Below are positions 1-20,557 of a stretch of DNA of 64,000 nt, piece after piece. Origin of the DNA: Macrostomum lignano (lineage: Eukaryota); assembly GCA_002269645.1 (NCBI GenBank), contig NIVC01002541.1, forward strand, positions 1 through 64,000. The letters run 5' to 3'. The first letter of the stretch is position 1, and the number at the start of each line of letters is the position of its first letter. Position numbers and translations under genes: made by a program. Under the pieces are notes generated by a model. It was not told the origin of the DNA, searched no databases, and worked only from the letters and a program-made list of their open reading frames with translations.

Positions 1-2340
1 CTTTGATTGACTCTCTTGTCACTCCAACTGTGTCTTTGATTGACTCTCTGTCACTAACTGTGTCTTTGATTGACTCTCTTCACTTGTCACCCCAACTGTG
101 TCTTTGATTGACTCTCTTCACTTGTCACCCCAACTGTGTCTTTGATTGACTCTCTTCACTTGTCACCCCAACTGTGTCTTTGATTGACTCTCTTCACTTG
201 TCACCCCAACTGTGTCTTTGATTGACTCTCTTCACTTGTCACCCCAACTGTGTCTTTGATTGACTCTAATGTCACTCCAACTGTGTCGTTGATTGACTCT
301 CTTGTCACTCCAACTGTGTCTTTGGTTGACTCTCTTGTCACTCCAACTGTGTCTTTGATTGACACTCTTGTCACTCCAATTCTGTCTTTGATGACTCTCT
401 GTCACTCCAATTCTGTCTTTGATTGACTCTCTTGTCACTCCAACTGTGTCTTTGATTGACTCTCTTGTCACTCCAACTGTGTCTTTGGTTGACTCTCTTG
501 TCACTCCAACTGTGTCTTTGATTGACTTTCTTGTCACTCCAACTGTCTTTAATTGACTCTCTTGTCACTCCAACTGTGTCTTTGATTGACACTCTTGTCA
601 CTCCAATTCTGTCTTTGGTTGACTCTCTTGTCACTCCAACTGTGTCTTCGGTTGCTCTCTTGTCACTTCCAACTGTGTCTTCGTTGACTCTCTTGTCACT
701 CCAACTGTGTCTTTGGTTGACTCTCTTGTCACTCCAACTGTGTCTTTGGTTGACTCTCTTGTCACTCCAACTGTGTCTTGGTTGACTCTCTTGTCACTCC
801 AACTGTGTCTTTGGTTGACTCTCTTGTCACTCCAACTGTGTCTTCGGTTGACTCTCTTGTCACTCCAACTGTGTCTTCGGTTGACTCTCTTGTCCACTCC
901 AACTGTGTCTTCGGTTGCTCTCTTGTCACTCCAACTGTGTCTTCGGTTGACTCTCTTGTCACTCCAACTGTGTCTTTGGTTGACTCTCTTGTCACTCCAA
1001 CTGTGTCTTTGGTTGACTCTCTTGTCACTCCAACTGTGTCTTTGGTTGACTCTCTTGTCACTCCAACTGTGTCTTTGGTTGACTCTCTTGTCACTCCAAA
1101 TCTGTCTTTGATTGACTCTCTTGTCACTCCAAATCTGTCTTTGATTGACTCTCTTGTCACCCTCAACTGTGTCTTTGATTGACTCTCTTGTCACTCCAAA
1201 TCTGTCTTTGGTTGACTCTCTTGTCACCCCAACTGTGTCTTTGATTGACTCTCTTGTCACCCCAACTGTGTCTTTGATTGACTCTCTTGTCACCCCAACT
1301 GTGTCTTTGATTGACTCTCTTGTCACCCCAACTGTGTCTTTGATTGACTCTCTTGTCACCCCAACTGTGTCTTGATTGACTCTCTTCACTTGTCACCCCA
1401 ACTGTGTCTTTGATTGACTCTCTTGTCACTGTCACCCCAACTGTGTCTTTGATTGACTCTCTTATCACTTGTCACCCCAACTGTGTCTTTGATTGACTCT
1501 CTTCACTTGTCACCCCAACTGTGTCTTTGATTGACTCTCTCACTTGTCACCCCAACTGTGTCTTTGATTGACTCTCTTCACTTGTCACCCCAACTGTGTC
1601 TTTGATTGACTCTCTTCACTTGTCACCCCAACTGTGTCTTTGATTGACTCTCTTCACTTGTCACCCCAACTGTGTCTTTGATTGACTCTCTCACTTGTCA
1701 CCCAACTGTGTCTTTGATTGACTCTCTTCACTTGTCACCCCAACTGTGTCTTTGATTGACTCTCTTCACTTGTCACCCCAACTGTGTCTTTGATTGACTC
1801 TCTTCACTTGTCACCCCAACTGTGTCTTTGATTGACTCTCTTCACTTGTCACCCCAACTGTGTCTTTGATTGACTCTCTTCACTTGTCACCCCAACTGTG
1901 TCTTTGATTGACTCTCTTCACTTGTCACCCCAACTGTGTCTTTGATTGACTCTCTTCACTTGTCACCCCAACTGTGTCTTTGATTGACTCTCTTCACTTG
2001 TCACCCCAACTGTGTCTTTGATTGACTCTCTTCACTTGTCACTCCCAACTGTGTCTTTGATTGACTCTCTTCACTTGTCACTCCCAACTGTGTCTTTGAT
2101 TGACTCTCTTCACTTGTCACCCCAACTGTGTCTTTGATTGACTCTCTTCACTTGTCACCCCAACTGTGTCTTTGATTGACTCTCTTCACTTGTCACCCCA
2201 ACTGTGTCTTTGATTGACTCTCTTCACTTGTCACCCCAACTGTGTCTTTGATTGACTCTCTTCACTTGTCACCCCAACTGTGTCTTTGATTGACTCTCTT
2301 TACTTGTCAAACTGTGTCTTTGATTGACTCTCTTGTCACT
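1..2340. repeat. 33-bp minisatellite array (unit ~CTCTTGTCACTCCAACTGTGTCTTTGATTGACT), intronic, truncated by window start
   Basis: About 70 near-identical units with 33-38 bp variants; the 11-aa periodicity of all overlapping ORFs (VTPTVSLIDSL) confirms the 33-bp period; the array ends at a splice acceptor (CAG 2342-2344). Confidence 0.95.
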
Positions 2341-2344
2341 CCAG

Positions 2345-2676
2345 CTTTCTGCCTCTTTTCCGTCATTTTCACCCCTTCCTCCAGTCTCCTCGAAGTCCTC
2401 GCCCCTGACAACCGCAATTTCGCATTTCTCTACCCGTGCAGGCGGCTCAAACTCGCCATCAGCCGCGGCGGGCGCCAGCAGCTCAGGCGGGCCTCCAGCA
2501 GCGGCCTCGGCGAGGCCTTCTTGTCCTTGGACGCTTCGGTGACAGCAGCTCTGGCCGAGACCGCCGCGGCCGAGACGGAGTTCGCCGAGGCTGTGGCCCG
2601 CCTGCGGGACAGGGAGCTGCAGACCATGCTGTGTCTGGAGGAGTGGGACCGGGAGCTCAAGAAGCGGAAGGTCTGA
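2345..2676 (+). CDS. Terminal coding exon of an unidentified gene (helical/coiled-coil C-terminus ending ...EEWDRELKKRKV*)
   Basis: Pyrimidine tract plus CAG acceptor at 2342-2344; GC3-rich codons; frame open to TGA 2674-2676; SV40-like basic NLS (KKRKV) at the C-terminus. Family not recognised. Confidence 0.7.
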
Positions 2677-2825
2677 GTCGCTGGACTGCTCTTTTGCACT
2701 GCAGCTTGGAGTCCTAGATTTTAGGGCCTCTTCTCTTTTTTATCTTCTTTGCTGGCTGCTGGCTCTGACTTTGCTGATTTACTTTTTACCTGCGCTTATT
2801 GATGTTGAGTCAGGGCCTTAGCACC

Positions 2826-3690
2826 GCACCTCACCCCGGACTCTCCCACCCTCTCACCCCGGACTCTCCCATCGCTCACCCCGGACTCTCCCACCCTCTC
2901 ACCCCGGACTCTCTCATCCCTCACTCCGGACTCTCCCATCCCTCACCCGGACTCTCCCACCCTCTCACCACGGACTCTCCCACCCTTTCACCCCGGACTC
3001 TCCCACCCTCTCACCACGGACTCTCCCACCCTCTCACCCCGGACTCTCTCATCCCTCACCCCGGACTCTCCCATCCCTCACCCCGGACTCTCCCATCCCT
3101 CACCCCGGACTCTCCCACCCTCTCACCCCGGACTCTCCCACCCTCTCACCACGGACTCTCCCACCCTCTCACCCCGGACTCTCCACCCTCTCACCACGGA
3201 CTCTCCCACCCTCTCACCCCGGACTCTCTCATCCCTCTCACCCGGACTCTCCCATCCCTCACCCCGGACTCTCCCACCCTCTCACCCCGGACTCTCCCAC
3301 CCTCTCACCCCGGACTCTCCCATCCCTCACCCCGGACTCTCCCACCCTCTCACCCTCTCACCCAGACTCTCTCCCCTCCCACCCCGGACTCTCCCCCCTC
3401 TCACCCCGGACTCTCCCACCCTCCCACCCCGGACTCTCCCCCTCCCACCAGGGACTCTCCCACCCTCCTCATCCTGGACTCTCCCACCCTCTCACCCCGG
3501 ACTCTCCCACCCTCCCACCCCGGACTCTCCCCCTCCCACCAGGGACTCTCCCACCCTCCTCATCCTGGACTCTCCCACCCTCCCACCCCGGACTCTCCCA
3601 CCCTCCTCATCCTGGACTCTCCCACCCTCTCACCCCGGACTCTCCCCCGCCCACCCGGACTCTCCCACCCCTCACCCTGGACTCTCACGC
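2826..3690. repeat. ~23-bp C-rich minisatellite (CTCTCACCCCGGACTCTCCCACC)
   Basis: Direct tandem units visible; source of the spurious Pro/Ser/His ORF 2799..3866. Confidence 0.92.
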
Positions 3691-4669
3691 TGTCACCACC
3701 GACCCTCCAATGTTTTTGTCTGATTCTGTATAAAGTGTTTACAATTATGACATTTCATAATGCACAAAACATTTTACATGTACCGTCCAAAATAAGAATT
3801 TGTAGTTTTTTCCTATTTCTCTTAATAATTGACAAAAATGTAAACTTTTTTCACTGCAGTTGTTAACTTTATTTCAAACTATATTCATATTAATTAGTAA
3901 TACGAATAACCTGCTGAATTTTGCGTATATTTAAAAGTACAAATCGTACATGTAAATAAACAGTGCTATTGTTTAAATCGAATATGTCTATACATTAATA
4001 TAATATAGATTGCATATATTGAAAAGCAAGCGATGGGAATACAGAGAATTGCATAGCAATGACAACCAAAAGTTGGAAGGCGGCGGCATGGCCAAAAGCA
4101 AGGCTGGGTGGGAACTGGGAAATCATTGTTGGAGCCGAGAAGGAAGATAAGAAAATATTATGTCATTGAAGAAGCTAGACTAGACAGAGAACTACTCAAA
4201 ATTGGCAGTTGTATACACGAAAGGAGATTATTTGGATACTGAACACACCAGAAGCCGTTATATCAGGTAACACAGGATAAATGGACTAAACGATTAATAA
4301 TGACTGGGTACAGTGGTACGACTGTTAAATACTCGAGAAGCACCGCAATAAAAACCAAATATTATAATTACCTCGTTACAAGAGTCATTCGACTAGTGCA
4401 TTTCCAAACAGTATTAATAAGTAGTATTAAATACTACTAATACTTTGTGGCGCATATAGTAGATAAACAAACAGAAAAGTTACATTTCAGTAGTGGTAAT
4501 CACATCATTTTATTATTGCGCTAAAATAGGCACCGAAGCAAACACCAGTTTAATGGAGCCTAGTCAAATCGCGCTCTAGCCTAACGTACATCCATTCAAT
4601 GTACAGTTCTATTAAATTCAAATCCTCTAGTCCGACAAATTACACACGCACTCCAGATCCGCGCCAATA

Positions 4670-4989
4670 GGGGCCTTTGAGACTTCAAGTTCAAAATCCG
4701 GCTAGCTTGTCTGTTTTCAGCTTTCTCTCTTCTCTCCCCTCTTTTTTCTCTCTTCTCACTTTCCCATCTACTCTTTCCTCTCTTCTCTCCTCTCCCCTTT
4801 TCTCTCCCTTCTCTCCCCTCTCCTCTTTCCCTTCTTCTCTCCCCTCTCCTCTCTCCCCTCCACTCCTCTTATCTTGTATCTTTTCTCCCAATAACATCTC
4901 TCGCCTCTCCTCTCTTTTCTCATCTCTCATCTTCACTCCCTTCTCTTTTCCACTCTCATCTGGCCCGCAGCCATGTTTGCCGACCCCTG
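4670..4989 (+). mobile_element. Putative hAT/Charlie-type MITE fragment with CT-rich interior
   Basis: Ends TGGCCCGCAGCCATGTTTGCCGACCCCTG (4975-4989 = reverse complement of CAGGGGTCGGCAAAC, a Charlie/MER58-type terminus), followed by GTTTAAAG. Related heads with GGCCCGCTCAAGGTTTG before CT tracts occur at ~5380-5620 and ~28625-29000. Left TIR not found. Confidence 0.45.
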
Positions 4990-5102
4990 GTTTAAAGATG
5001 CATGCAATGCATGCATCAATAAGTCCAATAATACAACAAATACTCGTATCTAGCCTTATGTGATACTAATAATACTCGTGGTAGAGTTGCTCGCTTAATT
5101 AA

Positions 5103-5258
5103 TAGCAAATAAATAAAGCTTAAGATCAACATTTAAGGCGAAAACCAACGCGTTTCAACCCACTAGGGCCGTCGTCAGGTGACGACGGCCTCCGAGCGAC
5201 CGGGACCGAGCGACGAGCAACCGAGTAAATGTTGATCTTAAGCTTTATTTATTTGCTA
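5103..5258. repeat. Fold-back element: perfect 33-bp inverted repeats (5103-5135 / 5226-5258) around a 90-bp GC-rich core
   Basis: TAGCAAATAAATAAAGCTTAAGATCAACATTTA ... TAAATGTTGATCTTAAGCTTTATTTATTTGCTA; internal hairpin GGCCGTCGTCA-GG-TGACGACGGCC. Confidence 0.85.
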
Positions 5259-5831
5259 ATAATACTCGAATAATCGATTCCTACATGTAGAAAACAGGCA
5301 CAAAGTTCACCGAGTCAACGGACTTCCGTGTTTGTTGGGGTTAAAAGTTTCTGACAAATGGAAGCTTCAACTGGATCACATGCGGCCCTCAAAGCCTCTC
5401 TATCCGGGCCTCGGGTCCTTTGAAACATCACAATGGCAACGCGGCCCGCTCAAGGTTTGTCTATTCTCTGCTCTCTACTCTTTAATCCTCTCCTCTCCTC
5501 TCCTCTCCTTTCTCTCCTCTCTATTCTCTCCCTTCTCCTATATCATCACTCCTCTACCCGCGTCTCTTCTCTTCTCCTTTATTCTCTCATCTCTCCTTTC
5601 TCATCAGTCACGCCTCCGATCTAGAAGGGAGGCCTGTTCGTCGCCTATTATTTCCTTAAAAAAATTTTGCACTGCTCAGTTGAGAAGTTAGTTATACCCC
5701 TTTATGCTTCCTTATGAGTCCACATTCTTATTCTTGTAACAAATGGATCCAGAAGAGCTTTCATTGGGTCATAACAGCCACCGTCAGCCATCATTGACCA
5801 GACAGAAACAGCCAGACGACAATCGCCGCCA

Positions 5832-6286
5832 TCAAAGCTGCCCGCCAGCCACTGCGGTGTCTCCCAGCGCTACGGGTTGCGCCACCTCCGCGGCCGCCTC
5901 CCCGAGCTCCGCCGGCCTCCTGCAGCCTGCCGCTGTCCGGCTGTCTCGACGGTCCGGTCTTGTCGCTGCCAGCTTCCTCGGTCTGTGAGCTGCCGGGGCC
6001 GCAGATCCACTCAGCCAGACCGAACTCGTGGCCTTTAGACGGCTTTTGCGGCTTAGTAGTGGCCGCCTCACTGGTGGCGCCGTGGTCCAGCAGGACGCAG
6101 CCGACCCAACGGCCGGGAGGGCCTGCTCGATCACGGACCAGCAGGTTGGCAGGCTCTCGCACTTCCACATGCACAGCCTCAGGCTGACGCGCGCGGGTGC
6201 CGACGCTCCCTGACTCATGTCGGCCGCGCGCCACATCATTCGACTCTCGGTTATGTTCTGTTGAGTGGGGAATGTGGCTCATTCCA

Positions 6287-6326
<40 letters not shown>

Positions 6327-7088
6327 TGGCAGTGATGAAAAATTCCGGTGTGTGCTTTTTAGTTTTGATTGTTAGGATAATTTGATACGAATTTTCTTGG
6401 ACAAGAGTTGGGGCAGAGTGTGGGGCAGAGTTTGGGGCAGAGTTTGGGGCAGAGTTTGGGGCAGAGTTTGGGGCAGAGTTTGGGGCAGAGTTTGGGGCAG
6501 AGTTTGGGGCAGAGTTTGGAGCAGAGGACGGTGTCGGACAGGGACACTCGCCTGCAGGCTGGGCTCGTACTCGGCCGACCGGTTCAACCGGACCATCCAG
6601 AAGCCACCGGAGCACCGCCGCGGCAGCTGGGTGCGCACCGACGGTGTCGACTGATAGACGCTGATGACGTTGTCGCCGCCGCAGCGCTGGCTGGTGTCGC
6701 CCGTGCACCGCCTGCTGCACTGGTCCACCAGCGAGCCGGCCTCAGCCAGCCGCATGCCGTCCATGGAGATGCCGCAGGAGCACTCGGTGCTCTTCAGGGC
6801 GGCAAACAGAAGGCCTTTGGTCAGGCAGAACTGGGCGCAGCGCTCCGGAGTGACCTGGCCGGTCATGCTGTGCCGGTAGTACGGCATCAGGTCGTAGTTG
6901 TCGCCCACCTGGCGCTCCGCTTTGTTCAGCACGTAGTCCGGATTGGTGAGAAAGTAGCAGCCCAGGTAGCGGATGGAGAGGTCGGATGAACGCGCGAACA
7001 GGGAGGACGCAGTAGCGGGGAGACAGGCCGCCAGAGCAAGGCTTACAAGGGCCAGCAGACAGCTCGTTTGCGCTCGAATATTCTTCAT
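5832..7088 (-). CDS. Secreted WSC-domain protein with a second Cys-containing (PAN/apple-like) module; ~320 aa, 2 exons
   Basis: Exons 7088-6552 and 6257-5832, phase 0/0. Signal peptide MKNIRAQTSCLLALVSLALAACLPA; WSC pattern YLGCY...TPERCAQFC...FAALKSTECSCG...CSRRCTGDTSQRCGG...SVY. Donor CAG|GCGAGT (GC-AG), acceptor CAACAG|AAC. Exon 2 has CMWKCESLPTCWS...SCW. Confidence 0.75.
6408..6520. repeat. 12-bp tandem repeat (GGGCAGAGTTTG) in the WSC-gene intron, next to a (GA)n tract at 6290-6322
   Basis: About 9 units visible; gives the 4-aa periodic ORFs (QTLP/GRVW/PNSA). Confidence 0.92.
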
Positions 7089-7276
7089 GCTCGACTATCT
7101 CTGCTGGGCAAAAACTCAACAAATCCTGAAAGCTCGAAATTTGCTGTTTTTCTCAGCCCCGCCCGCGGATAACTTCGGCTGAAGTCCGGGCTCGCCGATT
7201 TCGATTGACCAATCAGAGACCGGCTTGATGCTATTGGCTGTGGCGACTGACTGGGTGGCTTTATTCTGGTGAGGTG

Positions 7277-7632
7277 TTTTATTAGAGGCAAGAGGGCTGT
7301 GTGCACCCTGGCGCACTTTAAGCGACATCGTCACACAACCGGCGAGAGGCATTACTGCTCATTTCGCCGACTCCCTTGAACAGGCACACAAGCGCGCAGA
7401 TACGTACGCAGTCACACGCACAGGCACACACTCACACAGGAGTGTACAGCGGCCCTAACTTTATTTATCGTTAGGCATGTACACTTCCCTGTGCCTTGGG
7501 GGTTGGCCTTCAATGCCGTTAATTGCACGAGCAGAGCCAAGCCGAGATTCCAATTCAGCCCCAAATTAATGCGACTGCACTTGGAATCGAGCCTGGGCCG
7601 CTGACACATCAGAGCAACGCGCCAGACCACTT
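7277..7632 (-). mobile_element. tRNA-derived SINE, family A, copy 1
   Basis: Reverse complement of 20570-20925. Head AGTGGTCTGG (A-box like) ... GGCTCGATTCC (B-box like); A-rich tail. Confidence 0.75.
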
Positions 7633-8289
7633 CATGTGAGGTTACCTATTTTAGATCAGTTTCCTTCAGATATTATTTGACATGATAAAGCAGAGATTAT
7701 CAGTACTCAACTGTCATGACTGATGACTGCACTGAACGATATGTAGCGTAATTAAGTTTGCAGAGGGTTCATCAACCGTAGTTTTTCTGCTGAATTCAAA
7801 CTTTATCAACAGTAAAGTTTTGTTCATTTCTACTGACAGTACTAAATAAGGCTTGCAATGTAAATTTATTGGTTCCAACTGCTTTGTTTCTAGAGAACTA
7901 GATCGTTGCAGGGTAGATAAAGCAGTGTATTTGGGGTTCTAAATTACAAGAACAACACAAAGACAAAGCAGGTCAAGGTTCGCAAGTACATGTAAGACGA
8001 ACAAATAACACAATTCGCATTGAAAACTGCAATGAAAACTACATCAACGCAATAAGTGCAGAGCTAAAAAGGATCTCGTAAAACGAGATTTCCAGACTGC
8101 TGCTGTATCTTATTTTGTGTAGACATAATTATCAGCCAATAACAACCTTTAGCTCAGTCACTTCGAATCCATTCAACGCTGCAGAAGCAGTCAGCAAGTA
8201 TGGTTGGGATACTCAGTGTAGAAGGCTGTGGAAAATGTCTCTCAGCTTAGGTGCATCCCATGCAGCAACCCTAAAGAACATTTCACAGC

Positions 8290-8760
8290 ACCTAAAGCAT
8301 CACCTACAGTATCACCTACAGCATCAGTTACAACGTCAACTACAGCATCACCTACAGCATCAGTTACAGCATCACCTACAGTATCACCTACAGCATCACC
8401 TACAGCATAACCTACAGCATCATCTACAGCATCATCTACAGCATCACCTACAGCATCATCTACAGCATCACCTACAGCATCATCTACAGCATCATCTACA
8501 GCATCACCTACAGCATCATCTACAGCATCACCTACAGCATCACCTACAGCATCACCTACAACATCATCTACAGCATCACCTACAGCATCATCTACAGCAT
8601 CATCTACAGCATCACCTACAGCATCATCTACAGCATCACCTACAGCATCACCTACAGCATCACCTACAACATCATCTACAGCATCACCTACAGCATCATC
8701 TACAGCATCATCTACAGCATCACCTACAGCATCACCTACAACATCATCTACAGTATCACC
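8290..8760. repeat. 12-bp minisatellite (CAGCATCACCTA) just downstream of the AMPK-gamma stop
   Basis: About 39 units; explains the HHLQ/DAVG ORFs. Confidence 0.95.
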
Positions 8761-8975
8761 TAAAACGCTGCCCCTTGCCAAACCCCCACAGTGCGTCACG
8801 AATGGAGTGAAATGTTTTTTATTTGGCCGAAACAGACTGGCTTATCATTTTCACAACAACAGGTCTAGGGGGAACGTGATCGGGTGAGAGTAAAAGTGAT
8901 GGAGTACGGATGACAGTTTCGGATGGGCAATCCTCAATCTACAGACAGGAGAAGTCCAGCGCGAATCATTCGCAC

Positions 8976-17161
<8,186 letters not shown>

Positions 17162-17694
17162 TGCAGCCTGCTTGATATCTCAATACTTATGGGTTCAAAA
17201 TGGGGCTAGCGTTGTTCTTGGGAGACTTAAGGTAAATGAGAGTTGATGAAGCTAATAAATTACGCGCATTGGAGTTTTGAATTTATATTCGAGAGCCAAT
17301 TGGATTGATGGAAGCTTATTTATGGATTTGCGTTTTTGTAGAATCTGTAGCCAATGAACTGATTACAAAACACCCTGCATATCATTACAGAGATTCCTCA
17401 GCTTTTAGATAAGACATCAAGCGACCTGATTATCCATCAAGCGACTTTTAGATTTATCCACTAAACAACTAAATAAACTTCTGCGACTTTTTATTCACTT
17501 AAGTTTTGCATCACGTGACTTATTTTGACCTTGAATTGGGTGACTAATACTGGCCGTTCAGTTTCAGTCTTGTGCCCCTTTTAAGCAACCTATGCTTGTA
17601 AATAGTATTCATTTTGCACTTGACCTTGAAAATATCTTAAAGGGTTTTCTACATCCCACAACCGTCTCCTGTCTTTAGCACTAATCACCATTTT

Positions 17695-18270
17695 ATTGAT
17701 GCCCGATACCCCTCACCCCACATTCCCCAGTTTATTGGTGCCCGACACCCTTCATCCCACAGTCCCCAGTTTATTGGTGCCCGATACCCCTCACCCCACA
17801 TTCCCCAGTTTATTGGTGCCCGACACCCCTCACCCCACAGTTTATTTGGTGCCCGACACCCCTCACCCCACAGTTTATTGGTGTCCGACACCCCTCACCC
17901 CACAAGTCCCCAGTTTATTGGTGCCCGACACCCCTCACCCCACATTCCCCAGTTTATTGGTGCCCGACACCCCTCACCCCACAGTTTATTGGTGCCCGAC
18001 ACCCCTCACCCCACAGTCCCCAGTTTATTGGTGCCCGACACCCCTCACCCCACATTCCCCAGTTTATTGGTGCCCGACACCCCTCACCCCACATTCCCCA
18101 GTTTATTGGTGCCCGACACCCCTCACCCCACAGTCCCCAGTTTATTGGTGCCCGACATCCCTCACCCCACAGTCCCCAGTTTATTGGTGCCCGACACCCC
18201 TCACCCTGCAGTCCCCAATTTATTGGTGCCCCCCTCACCCCACAGTCCCCAGTTTATTGGTGCCCGACGC
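17695..18270. repeat. ~39-bp minisatellite with 29-bp deletion variants (AGTTTATTGGTGCCCGACACCCCTCACCCCACAGTCCCC)
   Basis: About 16 units. Confidence 0.92.
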
Positions 18271-18448
18271 TCCTCAGTTCATTATTCCATTATCAATCGG
18301 ACCTGATAATAGGCATAGACATCCAAATATACTAAATCTCTAAGATTTGTATGTCCATAACGCTCTAGAGAGAGCAATTCTTCACCAATTTTGATCGCAT
18401 TTTCGCCAAAATTTCTATCTATTTTTCGGCTAGCCGAACAGAACTCAC

Positions 18449-18652
18449 CCCGATATCCAGAGCTTCCAGTCTAGGCGGCTCAACCGTCGACAGCCATTTT
18501 CTCGGCCTTCTAGCAGCTGAACTTCTGCCATCAATAATCTTCTGGAACAGGCCGCTGCTCTTTCTCACATTCCCTTCCGCGGATCCATCGTCCCCGGGTA
18601 CTTTGTCCGCTTCTTTCGAATGCTGTCCCGACAATGGCCGGTTTGACGACAT
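18449..18652 (-). CDS. Probable alternative first coding exon of AMPK-gamma (MSSNRPLSGQ...EALDIG)
   Basis: ATG at 18652, 68 codons, strong phase-0 donor GGG|GTGAGT compatible with the phase-0 acceptor at 13601. Confidence 0.45.
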
Positions 18653-20557
18653 GCCCGATTCTGGCTTGGTTCGAGTCTTGACTGCCTTTATCTCTCTCTC
18701 CCTCTCTCTTTTTCTAGGGCCATTTCCAATGTAAGCGTATCTACGGGACTTGTGTCTCTCTACCCGACTCTCTGCTCTAAGCAAAGGAAATATGACAACT
18801 CGATGGCCAGAGGGAGTCGAGCTGGGAGGGAAAAGTGCGGGACGGGCGCACAAGCTTGAGTGTCAGATAAGATTTTGTAGCTTCGTTTCTAAACCGAGTG
18901 CAGCTTTCTCAGCGCCTCTGAATGGCTAGAGAGAATTCGCTTGCTCAAAGGCAATGCAATAGGGGGGGGGGAACAGACGCTTCTGATTATATAGTGTACG
19001 CGCTAATCACAGCTGCAATACTTCGAATGCCCCCGTTTGAAACAAACAGGGAAAGAGGGACTGAAGGCAGTCTGCGTGCTGGTTGAAAGGCCTAGTTCTT
19101 AGATAAAATCCAATTTTTTAGTAGCCAATTCTGCCGCAGATTGAACAGCGTTTTAATTCGCGCGAGATACTCAACCACCACTCCCTGACCTTTGCTTTGT
19201 TTGATAAAGCGACAGCGCTGCTCAAAACTTCTCCAAAATTCTCTAATCATACTACTATCAGGAGGAATCATAGCGAGTCGTGATCATAGCAGAAGACCGG
19301 CTCACATAAACGATTGTAGCTCCGGGTTACTTGTAACTCGTCTAAAAATTGGTTTGAGCAATACTCGACCTGCGGAACAACTTACTGGTGAACACCGGCA
19401 TCAGAACCTGACACCGACGCATCAAGCCATCCTAACACACGCAACCATAGTTTTGGACGTCACTCGATAAGCTGACTTGCAACAAGTTAAAGTTTCCGGA
19501 CACACCTCACAACACAGTGCTTGTCCTTTTTTGTCAATTATTCAACCCACTCACAAGTCCAGTAAAGTCCTCACTCCAGCTTTGCTCACTGCCGGCGCCA
19601 GGCGAACGACTTGACTGCAGCTGTTGCGTAGCTTCATCTTCGTCGCTCCGATCGGAGCAGGTCTGGACGTAACAAAGCGCAGTTCGTAGAATAATCACAG
19701 GAAGACGTCGCTAAAGAGAACATCAGCGAGCAGAACTTACCGCTTCAACCACTTTCGAGGAGCAAAATTCAACGGAAATTTCCGGTAGCAACTGTCTGAA
19801 TGCATCCGGCGATTTGTTGCTTTCCATCAGCTCAGAAGTTTGATTAGGTCTTGAGCAAAGATGTCGAGTCTCATCAGTTTGATTAATACGATTATTTCAA
19901 TGACCTTCGGTTGGTGAATTTCTAGCTACACTGCATGGCGACGTTAATGGGTTGTCATGGGAAATTTCTCGACGTACTAGTATTGCTCGTTGCTTAAAAA
20001 TGAGTCTAGCTTCTCGGTGTGAAGTCCGGATTGCATCAACCCCCCCCCACCCCCGGCTTAGCTAATCACTACCCGCCGGTTTGCTCAAATGAGCTCATCA
20101 AACAACTTCACTCTGCCTTCCAGACCGAATAGGAGAAGGGAGAGTTTGGGGTGGTGGTCGCGGGATCGAGACTGCTCGAAATAGGTCGATGAAGATCGGA
20201 TTAAAAATAGACGGAAAGAGAGAGACAGAGAGGATAGGGGCGCAAGTAGCCAGTTCGATCAGCTGGGATTGAAAAGTGTGCGCTAATTCTGACTTGCTCT
20301 TCCTTTCGTCAGCTCCTGCTGTTCTGCTTCTTTAGCGGGCAGGAAAAGGAGGAAATGGGAACTATCCTGGGAGCAGGAGTAGGGCAGACGGCTTCAACCG
20401 GTTACGAGTACACGGAGCTAACGGAGCTAGTAAGGGGAGGGGGCGATCCCACCTGGGCTCGTCACCTGCATCCCTGTCCAATCCATCAATGCAGGGATTT
20501 ATGGAAATTTATGAAGGTCACAACTGGTGACTTGAAGTCAATTGAATTCGTTTTCAT

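Noticed and set aside
232-1468. Multiple overlapping ORFs with 11-aa periodicity
   Set aside because: Translations of a tandem repeat in several frames and on both strands; the region is intronic.
8115-8810. His/Gln-rich 231-aa ORF
   Set aside because: Translation of a 12-bp repeat on the strand opposite the AMPK-gamma 3' region; no domain or splice support.
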